A stretch of DNA of 64,000 bases from Candidatus Angelobacter sp. (GTDB taxonomy: Bacteria > Acidobacteriota > Terriglobia > Terriglobales > Acidobacteriaceae), in NCBI GenBank assembly GCA_035703825.1, contig DASSXL010000219.1, forward strand, positions 10,189 to 74,188, in the 5' to 3' direction. The notes beneath the pieces are model-generated. The model saw only the letters and a program-made list of their open reading frames with translations. It did no database searches and was not told the DNA's origin. Of this stretch, positions 18,090 to 28,801 are shown piece after piece. The first letter of the stretch is position 1. Each line of letters opens with the position of its first letter. The position numbers and the translations under genes are program-made.

Positions 18090-20060
18090 ATGGTGAATCC
18101 CATGCGGTTGTTCATTGTGTGTGCGCTGTTGGCAGTTTCCGTGGTTCCAGCTTGCGCCCAGAAGGAAGATTGGCTTCCAGTCACGAAGCAGGACTTGGAT
18201 ATCAGAGAAGTTCCCAATAGTCCCGGTGCTGACGCGATACAGCTCTATTACGCCGACTTCATCAATGATGAGCAGCAAACAGAGTTTTTTTACCATCGAA
18301 TCAAAATCCTGAATGAAAGAGGCAATCGCCATGCCGATGTGGAGATCAGCATACCTCAGGACGGTTCAATCTCCGGACTAAAGGCACGCACCATTCATCC
18401 GGACGGCAAGATTATCGAATTCACAGGCAAGCCCTTTCAGAAGACGCTTATCAAGGGGCGTGGGATCAAGGTTCTGGCCAAGGCCTTTACTATGCCTGAT
18501 GTCGCCGTAGGCAGCATCATTGAGTACAAGTACAAAATAGATTGGCCTGGCATCATTACGGATAACTATTGGACCATTCAGCATGAACTGTATACCGTAA
18601 AGGAAAGCTTCCGCATGAAGGCTTATTCCGGCAGGTTGGAGGGCTTTGAAGGCGGCTACCAGGTGGCTGCCCTCTACTCTCATATGCCCAATAACATCAA
18701 GCCCCTGCAAAAAGGTGGCGGCTATGAGCTTGAGGTTACGAACATGCCGGCCTTTGAATCGGAAGGGTATATGCCTCCCGAAGAAGATCTGAAGCCACAA
18801 ATGCGGTTCTTCTATATTGGCACCGGTACCTCCACTCCTGAAAAGTTCTGGCAAGACGCCGGCCGGGGATGGAACGACGAAGTTGACCGTTTCATAGGCA
18901 ACCGCAAAGAGATCAGCCAGGCCGCTGCTCAAGCCATCGGAAATGAAACAGATCCTGACAAGAAACTTCAGGCGCTCTATGCCCGCGCCCAGCAGGTCAG
19001 GAACCTGACCTATGAACGCGAGCGGACTGAACAGGAACAGAAAAAAGAGAACCTGAAAGCGAACCAGAATGTGAACGATGTGCTGGCGCGCGGGGCCGGC
19101 ACCCGCGATGATATAACCCGGCTCTTTGTTGCCCTTGCGCGTGCCGGCGGTTTTGACGCGTCGATTGTGCGCGTGAGCAATCGCAAGGACAAATTCTTTG
19201 ACAAAGGCTTGCTCTCCAAACGGCAGCTTGATAGTGAGATTGCCATCGTCAATCAAGCCGGGAAAGATATTTATCTTGATCCCGGAACCAGGTTTTGTCC
19301 TTACGGTTATCTCCGCTGGATTCGTACTTCAACCATGGGAATCAAGCTGGACAAGAAAGGCGGCGCTTTCGTCACCGCGCCCGGCGCAGGTTATGACCAG
19401 GCCACCACGCGGCGGACCGCGGATATGGCCCTGAATGAAAACGGTGATCTAAAAGGCACGGTCCTTGTCAAATTTGAAGGCGGTGAGGCGCTGGAGCACC
19501 GGCTGGACGAATTGCTCACGGATGACGTTGGCAAGAAAAGCGATTTGGAAGATGAAGTGCGAGGCTGGCTCCCAGCGGGCGCTAACATCAAACTGGCAAA
19601 GGTTGAGGGCTGGGAAGCAGGCGGGAGCCCGCTCATAGCTACCTTCGAGGTTGAGATGGCCAGTTATGCTTCGGTTGTGGGGAAGCGTCTGCTGGTGCCG
19701 GCATATCTCTTTCAGGCCAGACAGATGGATGCGTTCAAGCATGTCGACCGCAAATTCCCCGTCTATTTCCCTTATGCGTTTGGTGAAGTTGATCGCGTTA
19801 ACATCAAAGTCCCGGCTGGATATACGGTGGAAACCGTTCCGCAGAAGCAATCCGCGCGCCTGCGTTACGCAGGGTACCAAAATCTGGTCCAGTTTGACGG
19901 TAAACAACTGGTCACGCAAAGGGTCTTGGAAATCAATGGCATCTTCTTCCGTTTGGAACTATATCCGGAAATGAAAGATTTTTTTGGGAAGGTCCGGGCC
20001 GGTGATGAACAGCAAGCCGTTCTGACGGGAGGCTCTTCCAATGCTCAAAAAAGCAATTAG
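18090..20060 (+). CDS. Secreted transglutaminase-like paralogue A2 (Cys position = Arg)
   Basis: Signal peptide; EDWLPVTKQDL, FTGKPFQKT, GSIIEYKYK, YARAQQVRNLTYERERT, RGAGTRDDI..ALARAGGFDA, LDPGTRFCPYG, FFGKVRAGDEQQ. Alternative start at 18102. Confidence 0.8.
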   Translation: MVNPMRLFIVCALLAVSVVPACAQKEDWLPVTKQDLDIREVPNSPGADAIQLYYADFINDEQQTEFFYHRIKILNERGNRHADVEISIPQDGSISGLKARTIHPDGKIIEFTGKPFQKTLIKGRGIKVLAKAFTMPDVAVGSIIEYKYKIDWPGIITDNYWTIQHELYTVKESFRMKAYSGRLEGFEGGYQVAALYSHMPNNIKPLQKGGGYELEVTNMPAFESEGYMPPEEDLKPQMRFFYIGTGTSTPEKFWQDAGRGWNDEVDRFIGNRKEISQAAAQAIGNETDPDKKLQALYARAQQVRNLTYERERTEQEQKKENLKANQNVNDVLARGAGTRDDITRLFVALARAGGFDASIVRVSNRKDKFFDKGLLSKRQLDSEIAIVNQAGKDIYLDPGTRFCPYGYLRWIRTSTMGIKLDKKGGAFVTAPGAGYDQATTRRTADMALNENGDLKGTVLVKFEGGEALEHRLDELLTDDVGKKSDLEDEVRGWLPAGANIKLAKVEGWEAGGSPLIATFEVEMASYASVVGKRLLVPAYLFQARQMDAFKHVDRKFPVYFPYAFGEVDRVNIKVPAGYTVETVPQKQSARLRYAGYQNLVQFDGKQLVTQRVLEINGIFFRLELYPEMKDFFGKVRAGDEQQAVLTGGSSNAQKSN

Positions 20061-20424
20061 CGCGCTCGTTCAAAATCCTGCGCACCGAGGAAAAGAATAC
20101 GCCCAGCACGAGGTTCCTTTGATGCTGAACCAAGAATCGAACAGCCAAAAAAGCTGTTTGCCCAGATCCTGCTGAAGAAAGCGAACTAGCCCGAACAGCA
20201 GCAGTCTGGATAGGACCTGGAATCCTGCAAAGGCTGCCAGGCTTGTTGCGAACCGCAATGCGGGTGGGATTTTCGCAGCCCCCTTTTGTAAGAAGCGATG
20301 AATGCTTTTCCTCATCGTCCGCGGAATGTGGAAACCCTCAAGACAGGATGGTATAGTCCGTTCTGGTATCCTCGCCGGATACTCCATTCCGGACACACGC
20401 AAGAACAAACGCAACGGTGACCTG

Positions 20425-22428
20425 ATGCGACTGCGCGGCCAGTTCTTTTTGCGGTTTATCTTTCTCGCGTTACCGGTGTTTTCCAGCGCGCAGAATTTGG
20501 ACTGGCTTCCAATCACCTCTCAGGACCTGAAAATCAATCAAGTTCCCGGCGCGCCCGGCGCTTCTGCCATCCAGCTTTATTACGCCGATTACATCGACGA
20601 CGAGGCGCAGACAGAGTTCTATTATCGCCGTATCAAGGTCCTGAACGACAAAGGGAACAGCTACGCCGACGTGGAGATTGTCATCCCGCCTGACGCTTCT
20701 ATTAGCGGATTGAAGGCCCGCACCGTCCATCCCGACGGGAAAATCATTGAATTTACCGGCAAGCCTTTTCAGAAAGTGATTGCCAAGGGCCGCGGCGTAA
20801 AGATTCTGGCCAAGGCCTTCACCATGCCTGAAGTCACTGTGGGCAGCATCATTGAATACAAGTACAAAGTGGATTTGCCCGGTATTTTTCTCGATAACTC
20901 GTGGACCATCCAGCACGATCTTTATACGGTGAAGGAAAGCTTTCGCATGAAGCCCTTTGGCGGCCTGCTGGAAGGCTTTGAGAAGGGGCACCAGGTGGCC
21001 GCGCTCTCTTCGCACATGCCGGACAATCTGAAGCCGCGGCAGACGGGCGGAGGCTATGAGCTGGAAGTCCAGAACATGCCTGCTTTTGTCGCGGAAGGCT
21101 ATATGCCTCCGGAAGAAGATTATCAGCCGCAGATCCGGTTTTTTTACGGAGGACGCGAGATCATCAGTCCGGAAAAGTTCTGGCAGGACGCGGGCCGCGG
21201 CTGGAACGACCTTGCCGAACGCTTTATCGGCAATCGGCGCGAGATAGCCCAGGAGTCTGCCCGCATCATTGGCGATGAGGCCAACTCCCTGCACAAACTG
21301 CGCCGGCTCTATGCCCGCGCGCAACAAGTCCGCAACCTTTCGTATGAGCGTGAGCGCACCGCGGAAGAGGAGAAAAGAGAGAATCTCAAGCCCGCGCAGA
21401 GCGCCGGGGACGTGCTTGATCGCGGCTACGGCGACCGTGATGACATCACCCGTTTTTTTGTGGCGATGGCCCGTGCCGCTGGATTTGAGGCTTCAATTCT
21501 GCGCGTCAGCAACCGCCAGGAGAGGTTCTTTGATCGCGGCCTGCTGTCCAGACGGCAGTTGGATGCCGAGATAGCGCAGGTTGATCTGGACGGGCAGAAC
21601 CTCTTCCTCGATCCCGGCACACGTTTTTGCCCCTTCGGGCTAGTGCGCTGGACGCGAACTTCTTCCATGGCGCTGAAGCTGGACAAAAAGGGCGGCTCGT
21701 TCATCAAAGTGCCTTCCGCCGGATACGAAAAGGCCATGGTGCGCCGCTCCGCGGAAATGGCGCTCACCGCCGATGGCTCATTGAAAGGCACAATCACCGC
21801 CCGGTTTGAAGGCGGTGAGGCGCTGGAACGGAGACTCGAGGCCGTTATAACCGACGAGGCCGGAAGAAAAGAGGCCCTGGAAGAGGAAGCCAAAGACTGG
21901 CTTCCCGGTGGCGCCTTGGTCAAGTTAACCGCCAGCCTGGGATGGGAAGGAAACGAGGAACCGCTGGTTGCCACCTTTGCCGTTGAGCTTCCGGCCTATG
22001 CTTCCGTCGCCGGCAGAAAGCTGCTGGTGCCTGCTGACGTGTTTCAGTCCAGGCAAATGGATACCTTCAAGCATTCAGAGCGCAAATACCCAGTGTATTT
22101 TCCCTATGCTTTCGGAGAAGCAGACCGCATTGTGATCCAGGGAGTTCCGGGCTACACGGCTGAAACGGTTCCCACCCAACAGTCCAGTAGTCTGGCATAC
22201 GCTACCTATTTCAATGAGTCCCGCTTCGATGGCAAACAACTGGTCACGGAAAGGGTATTGCAGGTGAATGGCATCTTCTTTCAACCAGAGCGCTATGCTG
22301 AGATAAAGGATTTCTTCAGGAAAGTACAGCTCGGCGACGAACAACAAGTGGTCTTTCAAGGTAGCCCTGATCGCGCAGGCGGGATACCTTCTTCATCTCA
22401 AGCCCGACCAATAGAGGGCTTGCTCTAA
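20425..22428 (+). CDS. Secreted transglutaminase-like paralogue A3 (Cys position = Arg)
   Basis: The track ORF starts at 20302, but the signal peptide MRLRGQFFLRFIFLALPVFSSAQ begins at ATG 20425. Motifs as in A2, which looks like the closest paralogue by eye. Divergent C-terminal tail. Confidence 0.8.
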   Translation: MRLRGQFFLRFIFLALPVFSSAQNLDWLPITSQDLKINQVPGAPGASAIQLYYADYIDDEAQTEFYYRRIKVLNDKGNSYADVEIVIPPDASISGLKARTVHPDGKIIEFTGKPFQKVIAKGRGVKILAKAFTMPEVTVGSIIEYKYKVDLPGIFLDNSWTIQHDLYTVKESFRMKPFGGLLEGFEKGHQVAALSSHMPDNLKPRQTGGGYELEVQNMPAFVAEGYMPPEEDYQPQIRFFYGGREIISPEKFWQDAGRGWNDLAERFIGNRREIAQESARIIGDEANSLHKLRRLYARAQQVRNLSYERERTAEEEKRENLKPAQSAGDVLDRGYGDRDDITRFFVAMARAAGFEASILRVSNRQERFFDRGLLSRRQLDAEIAQVDLDGQNLFLDPGTRFCPFGLVRWTRTSSMALKLDKKGGSFIKVPSAGYEKAMVRRSAEMALTADGSLKGTITARFEGGEALERRLEAVITDEAGRKEALEEEAKDWLPGGALVKLTASLGWEGNEEPLVATFAVELPAYASVAGRKLLVPADVFQSRQMDTFKHSERKYPVYFPYAFGEADRIVIQGVPGYTAETVPTQQSSSLAYATYFNESRFDGKQLVTERVLQVNGIFFQPERYAEIKDFFRKVQLGDEQQVVFQGSPDRAGGIPSSSQARPIEGLL

Positions 22429-22690
22429 AGCAAACGTCTGGAATGAGTTGAGGGCTGCGGCCTGCCACGCGCCGGAGGGACAGAGCAAGCTGGGCCCCGA
22501 AACTCAGGCGGTTGGGAGCGAATCGGCAAAGTTAGAACACCTTAAGTTCTAAATAATTACAGCCCTCCACGAGCAGGAACTCTGGTCAAATCTCCCGTTT
22601 TGGTGTATATCTTTTCTTCCCCCTTGTGCCCACGTCCCAAAACTTGGGATTTCTATGAACTTAACTAGTCGAGGTTTTTAGTCGAGGTTA

Positions 22691-24733
22691 ATGAGGTTTT
22701 TTATGACGCGAATCGCGCGATATTTTTCGCTGGCCGTTTGCTTTTTGGTCTCGCTTGGCTCATTGGCACAAAAGGAAGACTGGCTGCCGGTAACGCCCCA
22801 GGACCTGCAATACAAGGAGGTGCCGGGCAACAAGGGCGCTTCGGCGGTAAGGCTCTACTATGCCCAGTACATCAATGACAATAACTCGTCCTGCTTTGTT
22901 TATGAGCGGATCAAGATCCTGAATGAGAAGGCGCTTGCGGGTGGCAATAGCTATGCGGATGTCGAAATTCCGATTCTGACTTTCGGCGGCATTGTCGAAA
23001 CCATCACCGAACTGAAGGCGCGCACGATTAAGCCGGACGGCTCTATTGTTGAATTTTCGGGCAAACCCTTCGAAAAAGTCGTTTTTAAGGGCAGGGGAGA
23101 CAAATTCTCTGTTCAGGCTTTTAGTATGCCCGCTGTCGAAGTCGGCAGCATCATTGAGTACAAATACCGGGCAGTGGTTTCAACCCCCGGTTTAGAGTTT
23201 GTCAAGGTCTTCGCGCGCGACTCATGGGACATCCAGAGAGAACTCTTCACGGTGAAAGAGAGCCTTTACTATCAGCCATTCGGTGGAACTGCTTTCCAGA
23301 GCAACGCCAGGCCCCAGTTTTATTTTGATGGCGCTCGGGTCAGCCGTGTGAGCATGAACCTGAAAGAAAAACCCAAGGAAACCGGCAATGATGTTTCGCT
23401 GGAGTTGACGAATGTCGCCGCCTTTGAGCGGGAAGAGTACATGCCTCCCGAAGACATTTACAAACCCAGCGTAATCTTCTTTTATGGCCGCAAGGGCAAT
23501 CCTTCTGTGGATAAGGAATGGGAGGACATCGGAAAGGACCGCTACGAAGAGCTTGAAACATTTATGGCGGCCAATAAAGGTGTGAAGGAAGCCGCCCAAG
23601 CCGCTATCGGTGGGGAGACCGAGCCGGGAATGAAATTGCGCAAGCTTTATGAGCGGGCCCAGGCGATCCGGAACCTTACCTTTGAGCGCGAGCGTACCAA
23701 GGAAGAACGCAAGGCTGAAAACATACAAAAGAACAACGGCGTAGGCGACGTGCTGGCCCATGGCTACGGCTACGAAGATGGCATCACCTATCTATTTGTC
23801 GCCATGGCGCGCGCCGCCGGTTTTGATGCTTCCGTCGTCCAGGTTTCTGATCGCAAAAGGCGCTTCTTTGTAAAAAACTGGACATCGTTGCGGCAGCTTG
23901 AGAGCGAAATTGCCGTCGTGAACCTTAACGGCAGTGAGATCTATCTTGAGCCGGGTATCCGTTTTTGTCCTTATGGGACTGTTCGCTGGAACCATACCGT
24001 CACTGAGGGATTGAAGCTGGAGAAGAAAGGCGGTTCGTTTGTGAAGGCGCCGCCGCTCACCTATGACAAGTCCGTTACCCGTCGCACGGCAACTATGTCT
24101 ATGGGTGAAGATGGAACGCTGAAGGGCGATGTCGTTCTTGAATTCGAGGGAACTGAAGCGCTCGAACACCGCCTGGATGCGATTGACAGCGATGATGCCG
24201 GACGCAAAAAAAACCTGGAGGACGAACTCAAGCAATGGCTGCCTACAGGCGCCATTGTCAAAATGGCAGTTGCGCAGGGATGGGACACTACTGGCGGTCC
24301 GCTGGTGGCGCGCTTCAACGTCGAGTTGCCGAATTATGCCACTCTGGCCGGTAAGCGGCTCCTGATCCCGGCTTTTCTCTTTCTGTCGAAGGAAAACCGG
24401 GCTTTTGCGCATTCCCAACGCAAGTATCCCGTCTATTTCCCCTATCCTTTCACGGATTCTGATTCCGTGACCATCAAGGTCCCTTCGGGCTTCACCCTGG
24501 AGAGCGTTCCCACCGCGCAGGACGCCAAGCTGGGCGGCACTGCCCGCTACCAAAACGTGAGCAACTTTGATGGAACTCAATTGGTCAGCCAGCGGCAACT
24601 GGCCTTCAACGGAATATATTTTGATGTGGATAAATATTCGGAATTGAAGTCTTTCTTCGGTAAAGTCCAGGCCGGCGACGAACAGCAAGCCGTACTGCAT
24701 GGAGGTAACGTCAGTGCTCAAAAAGGCAATTAA
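22691..24733 (+). CDS. Secreted transglutaminase-like paralogue A4 (Cys position = Glu)
   Basis: Signal peptide; EDWLPVTPQDL, FSGKPFEKV, GSIIEYKYR, YERAQAIRNLTFERERT, HGYGYEDGI..AMARAAGFDA, LEPGIRFCPYG, FFGKVQAGDEQQ. Confidence 0.8.
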   Translation: MRFFMTRIARYFSLAVCFLVSLGSLAQKEDWLPVTPQDLQYKEVPGNKGASAVRLYYAQYINDNNSSCFVYERIKILNEKALAGGNSYADVEIPILTFGGIVETITELKARTIKPDGSIVEFSGKPFEKVVFKGRGDKFSVQAFSMPAVEVGSIIEYKYRAVVSTPGLEFVKVFARDSWDIQRELFTVKESLYYQPFGGTAFQSNARPQFYFDGARVSRVSMNLKEKPKETGNDVSLELTNVAAFEREEYMPPEDIYKPSVIFFYGRKGNPSVDKEWEDIGKDRYEELETFMAANKGVKEAAQAAIGGETEPGMKLRKLYERAQAIRNLTFERERTKEERKAENIQKNNGVGDVLAHGYGYEDGITYLFVAMARAAGFDASVVQVSDRKRRFFVKNWTSLRQLESEIAVVNLNGSEIYLEPGIRFCPYGTVRWNHTVTEGLKLEKKGGSFVKAPPLTYDKSVTRRTATMSMGEDGTLKGDVVLEFEGTEALEHRLDAIDSDDAGRKKNLEDELKQWLPTGAIVKMAVAQGWDTTGGPLVARFNVELPNYATLAGKRLLIPAFLFLSKENRAFAHSQRKYPVYFPYPFTDSDSVTIKVPSGFTLESVPTAQDAKLGGTARYQNVSNFDGTQLVSQRQLAFNGIYFDVDKYSELKSFFGKVQAGDEQQAVLHGGNVSAQKGN

Positions 24734-26678
24734 CACGACTTTTCTTCTTGCTCTCTTTATCAGTCTTTCCAGCTTGGCCCAGGCTGAAGTTCCGGAATGG
24801 TTGCGGAATCTGGCTCGCCAGCCCGCCAAAACTTATGCGGATGACGTGAATGCCGCAATCCTTTTGGATGACAACGTCACCACCGTAAAGGAAAATGGCG
24901 ACATCGTTCACCATGGGCGTCGGGCCTGGCGGGTCCTGCGTCCCGAGGGCAGAAATCGCTATTCGGGGTTTGCGCGGGAATACAACGCCGACTCCAAGGT
25001 CAACTATCTCCATGGCTGGAGCATTACCAGCAAGGGCCAGGAATACGAAACGAAATCGAGCGACATCATCGAGCAGAATATCAGTACCTTTGAGGTCTAT
25101 TCCGATGCCAAGATCAAGGGGGCCCGCGTGCCGGGGGTCGATGTCGGGACCGTCGTGGGTTTCGAATACGAAACCCTGGAGCATCCGTATACTTTTGATG
25201 ATGTTTGGAGATTTCAAGAAACTGAGCCCGTGGAGCACTCCCACTATGAATTGCATCTGGCATCAGGCTGGCGATTCAAGACGGAATGGATGAACCACAA
25301 GGAAGAGAAGCCGACTGAAGAAGGCGGAGCGATTCAGTGGCAGCTCGCTGACATTCCCCGTATTGAAAATGAGCCGCAACGGCCGCCTGAGTCTGGGCTG
25401 GCCGGCAGTGTGGTGTTTACTTTCTTTAACGACAAGATACCTTCCAAAAGCTACCGGAACTGGTCAGAGCTTGGTACCTGGTTCACGCAGCTTTCTTCCG
25501 CTGTCAGAGATTCAAGCCCGGCCTTGACCCAAAAGGTGCAGGAACTGGCCCCGGCGAATCTTCCCCTGGTTGAGCGCATCAAAGCCTTGGCCGGCTTTGC
25601 TCAGCGTGACGTCCGCTACGTCGCCATTTCGATTGGGGTCGGCGGCCTTCGTCCCCACAATGCGACGGATATCTTCAATCACCGTTATGGCGATTGCAAA
25701 GACAAAGCCACCGTTCTGAGCTCCATGCTGGCGCAGATCGGCGTAAAGTCCTATTACATCATCGTGAATGACGAGCGCGGTGTGGTCACCAAGGATACTC
25801 CCGCTAACCCTAACGGGTTTAACCATATGATTCTGGCCATCGCTCTGCCTGCGGCCAGCTATTCCAAGCCGCTGCCCGCCATGTACGAGCATCCCAAACT
25901 CGGGCATTTGCTGATCTTTGATCCCACGAATGAATATGTGCCCTTTGGACAGATTCCTCCCTACGAACAGGACAATTATGGCCTGCTGGTGGGAGAGCAG
26001 GGTGGGGAACTGATCAACATGCCGCTCAGCCTGCCGGAAGCCAATGGTGTAAGGCGCAGTGCCAAGCTAAAGCTGCTGCCCGATGGCACATTGCAAGGCG
26101 AGGTCGAAGAAAGATATACAGGCTTCTATGCCTACCGAGGCAGGTTATTTCTCCAGCACGAATCCGAAAATGATCGCAAGAAGATGATGGAGCGTCTGGT
26201 GGCTAGTTCTCTAGGCAGTTTCCAACTCGAAAAGTATGAGCTGGTCAATGCTGATGATATCGATCAGGACCTTATCATCCGCTTTAACTTCAGCGCGGCC
26301 CATTACGCCAAGAACGCCGGGCCCATGCTGCTGGTCCGTCCGCGCGTGCTGGGCGAACTGGCTGGGCCGTGGGACCCCAACAAGCCCCGCCACTACGCTT
26401 ACGAGTTCCGCGGGCCTTTCCTGGACCGCGACACCGTGGAGATCTCCCTGCCGGAGGGTTTCAAGGTCGACGAGCTGCCTGATCCAGCCAAGGCCACCTT
26501 CCCGTTTGCGGAATATGTGAGCAAGACGGAAAGCGCGGAGGGCGTGCTGAAATACACGCGGGAATACAAGCAGACGGCCACGCAGGTATCCATGGACCAG
26601 ATGGACCAGCTCAAGAAGCTCTTCGGCCAGATCAACCTGGACGAAAAGAACATGGCTGTGCTGAAGCGCGTGAACTAG
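24714..26678 (+). CDS. Secreted transglutaminase-like paralogue B1 (Cys/His/Asp pattern retained)
   Basis: GGAGG at 24701-24705 sits 8 nt before GTG 24714 (MLKKAINTTFLLALFISLSSLAQA); an in-frame ATG alternative lies at 24699. It overlaps the A4 stop (24733). Motifs RYGDCKDKATVLSSMLAQIGV (TGC at 25695-25697), GFNHMILAI and LLIFDPT. Confidence 0.8.
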   Translation: MLKKAINTTFLLALFISLSSLAQAEVPEWLRNLARQPAKTYADDVNAAILLDDNVTTVKENGDIVHHGRRAWRVLRPEGRNRYSGFAREYNADSKVNYLHGWSITSKGQEYETKSSDIIEQNISTFEVYSDAKIKGARVPGVDVGTVVGFEYETLEHPYTFDDVWRFQETEPVEHSHYELHLASGWRFKTEWMNHKEEKPTEEGGAIQWQLADIPRIENEPQRPPESGLAGSVVFTFFNDKIPSKSYRNWSELGTWFTQLSSAVRDSSPALTQKVQELAPANLPLVERIKALAGFAQRDVRYVAISIGVGGLRPHNATDIFNHRYGDCKDKATVLSSMLAQIGVKSYYIIVNDERGVVTKDTPANPNGFNHMILAIALPAASYSKPLPAMYEHPKLGHLLIFDPTNEYVPFGQIPPYEQDNYGLLVGEQGGELINMPLSLPEANGVRRSAKLKLLPDGTLQGEVEERYTGFYAYRGRLFLQHESENDRKKMMERLVASSLGSFQLEKYELVNADDIDQDLIIRFNFSAAHYAKNAGPMLLVRPRVLGELAGPWDPNKPRHYAYEFRGPFLDRDTVEISLPEGFKVDELPDPAKATFPFAEYVSKTESAEGVLKYTREYKQTATQVSMDQMDQLKKLFGQINLDEKNMAVLKRVN

Positions 26679-26781
26679 CTCTGCAATTGCGCCATGCCCC
26701 TTAATGCAGCCGGCGCGATCAAAGAGCAAACTGCTTGTTGCAGATGCAACGGCACGCGGTTCGTAAAGGAGTGACCACCAA

Positions 26782-28746
26782 ATGCGCAAAGACAGAATTA
26801 GCGCGACATTCTTCGTCTTTGTGTTACTCAGCGCGGTCTCACATCCGGCGTCCGCTTCGGTGCCGGACTGGCTGCGCGGCGCAGCCCAGCAGTCCACCAA
26901 GACCTATGCCAGTGACGTCAATGCCGTAGTCCTGTTCAGTGAAACTGAAGCTACGGTCAAGGACAGTGGCGAAACCGTGACCCGCGAGCGCCGCGTGATC
27001 AAGGTATTGCGTCCAGAAGGCCGCCATGAGGCGTTCCAGGGAGTGCCTTTCGACGAAGAAACCCGGCTGAACTATTTCAAGGGCTGGAGCATCAGCGCTA
27101 GGGGCGTGGAATACGAAGCCAAGAAGGAAGATGTTGCTGAGGTCGGCGCAGGCGAAGGCTATGAGGTGTACTCTGACGCCAAAGCCAAGGTGATGCGGAT
27201 TCCGGGGGTGGATGTCGGCACTGTCGTAGGGATCGAATGGGAACAAAAGAAGCATCCATATACTTTTGAGGACCATTGGTTTTTCCAGTTCCACCAGCCC
27301 GTGGCGCGGGCCCGATTTATTTTGCACCTGCCCGCCGGCTGGGAATACCGTGCCACTTGGCTTCATTACGCGGAGCAGGCGCCCCAAATTGAAGGCAATA
27401 CTTATGTTTGGGCGCTCTCTGATCTTCCCCGGATCGAGACAGAGAACGAGATGCCGCACTGGCGCGCCCTGGCAGGCCAGCTCATCGTTACATATTTTTC
27501 AGAGAAGACCAGGGGACGCTCCTACTCAAGTTGGAGCGATTTCGGAGCGTGGTATGGCCAGCTCACCTCCGGTCTGCGCGATCCTTCGCCTGCCCTGCAG
27601 CAGAAAGTACAGGAGCTGGCCCCGGCTTCTCTGCCACTGCTTGATCGCATCAAGGCCCTGGCCCGCTTTGCCCAGCGTGATGTCCGTTATGCGGCCATCG
27701 AAATCGGGATCGGAGGACTGCAGCCGCATCCGGCGAGCCAGGTGTTCAGCAATCGCTACGGCGACTGCAAGGACAAAGCCACCGTGCTGAGCGCGATGCT
27801 GGCGCAGATCGGGGTCAAGTCCTATTACATACCGGTTCACACCGACCGCGGAATTTACACAGAGAAGACCCCGCCGACCATGGGCTTCAATCATGTGATT
27901 CTTGCCATCCAGGTGCCCGAGGCCAGTTTTAAGGGTTCATTTCCAGCCCTGTATGAACATCCCAAGCTGGGCCATCTGTTGATCTTCGATCCCACATCCA
28001 GCGTCGTCCCTCTTGGCCAGATCCCTTCTTATGAGCAGGACAACTATGGGCTGCTGGTGACCGATCAGGGTGGCGAGCTGATCCACCTGCCGCTCAGCTC
28101 TCCTGAACTGAACAAGATCTCGCGTACCGCCAGGCTGTCATTGCTGTCCGATGGAAGTCTGCAGGGCGAGGTGACCGAGGTGCGCAGCGGCTGGCTGGCT
28201 GCGGCGGGGCGCTATGCGTTTGAGCATCAGACGATTGCCGACCGGCGCAAGATTCTGGAGCGCTTTCTCGGCCGCATGATGGGCAATTTCCAGCTGGACA
28301 GCGTGGACGCGGAGAATCTTGACGACATTGAGAAGGACCTGGTGATTCACTACAAATTCACGGCCGATCATTATGCCAAGAATGCCGGATCGCTGTTGCT
28401 GGTGCGTCCACGGGTATTGGGAGAGAAGCTTGGGAGCCTGGATATGACTAAGCCGCGTCATTACCCCTACGAGTTTGACGCGCCCACCCTGCAAACTGAC
28501 GTTTTCGAATTCAACCTGCCTGACGGTTACAAGATCGATGAGCTGCCCGAGGCTGCCAAGGCAACCTTCGCCTTCGGAGAGTACAACAGCAGGATTGAAA
28601 ACGCAGGCACGCTGCTGAAGTACAGCCGTGAATACAAGATCAACGCCGTGAGAGTCCTGCCGGAGAAAATTGACGATCTGGGCAAATTCTTCCACCGGAT
28701 CAATCAGGACGAACGAAACATGGCTGTGCTCAAGAAGGCCAATTAG
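26782..28746 (+). CDS. Secreted transglutaminase-like paralogue B2 (Cys/His/Asp pattern retained)
   Basis: Signal peptide; VPDWLRGAAQQ; RYGDCKDKATVLSAMLAQIGV (TGC at 27766-27768), GFNHVILAI, LLIFDPT. Collinear with B1 throughout. Confidence 0.8.
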   Translation: MRKDRISATFFVFVLLSAVSHPASASVPDWLRGAAQQSTKTYASDVNAVVLFSETEATVKDSGETVTRERRVIKVLRPEGRHEAFQGVPFDEETRLNYFKGWSISARGVEYEAKKEDVAEVGAGEGYEVYSDAKAKVMRIPGVDVGTVVGIEWEQKKHPYTFEDHWFFQFHQPVARARFILHLPAGWEYRATWLHYAEQAPQIEGNTYVWALSDLPRIETENEMPHWRALAGQLIVTYFSEKTRGRSYSSWSDFGAWYGQLTSGLRDPSPALQQKVQELAPASLPLLDRIKALARFAQRDVRYAAIEIGIGGLQPHPASQVFSNRYGDCKDKATVLSAMLAQIGVKSYYIPVHTDRGIYTEKTPPTMGFNHVILAIQVPEASFKGSFPALYEHPKLGHLLIFDPTSSVVPLGQIPSYEQDNYGLLVTDQGGELIHLPLSSPELNKISRTARLSLLSDGSLQGEVTEVRSGWLAAAGRYAFEHQTIADRRKILERFLGRMMGNFQLDSVDAENLDDIEKDLVIHYKFTADHYAKNAGSLLLVRPRVLGEKLGSLDMTKPRHYPYEFDAPTLQTDVFEFNLPDGYKIDELPEAAKATFAFGEYNSRIENAGTLLKYSREYKINAVRVLPEKIDDLGKFFHRINQDERNMAVLKKAN

Positions 28747-28801
28747 CAATCGGGAGACTCGGCGCAAGTTCCCGGGCAACCCGCGGTTCCGGAGTTTTTG
28801 A

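Noticed and set aside
20037-20180. Alternative-frame ORF MLKKAISALV... after paralogue A2, which resembles the B1 N-terminus MLKKAINTTF and could be a remnant of a lost B-type gene
   Set aside because: The similarity covers only the nucleotides encoding the homologous A-type C-termini (..NAQKSN vs ..SAQKGN). Downstream sequence shows no signal peptide or B-type motifs.
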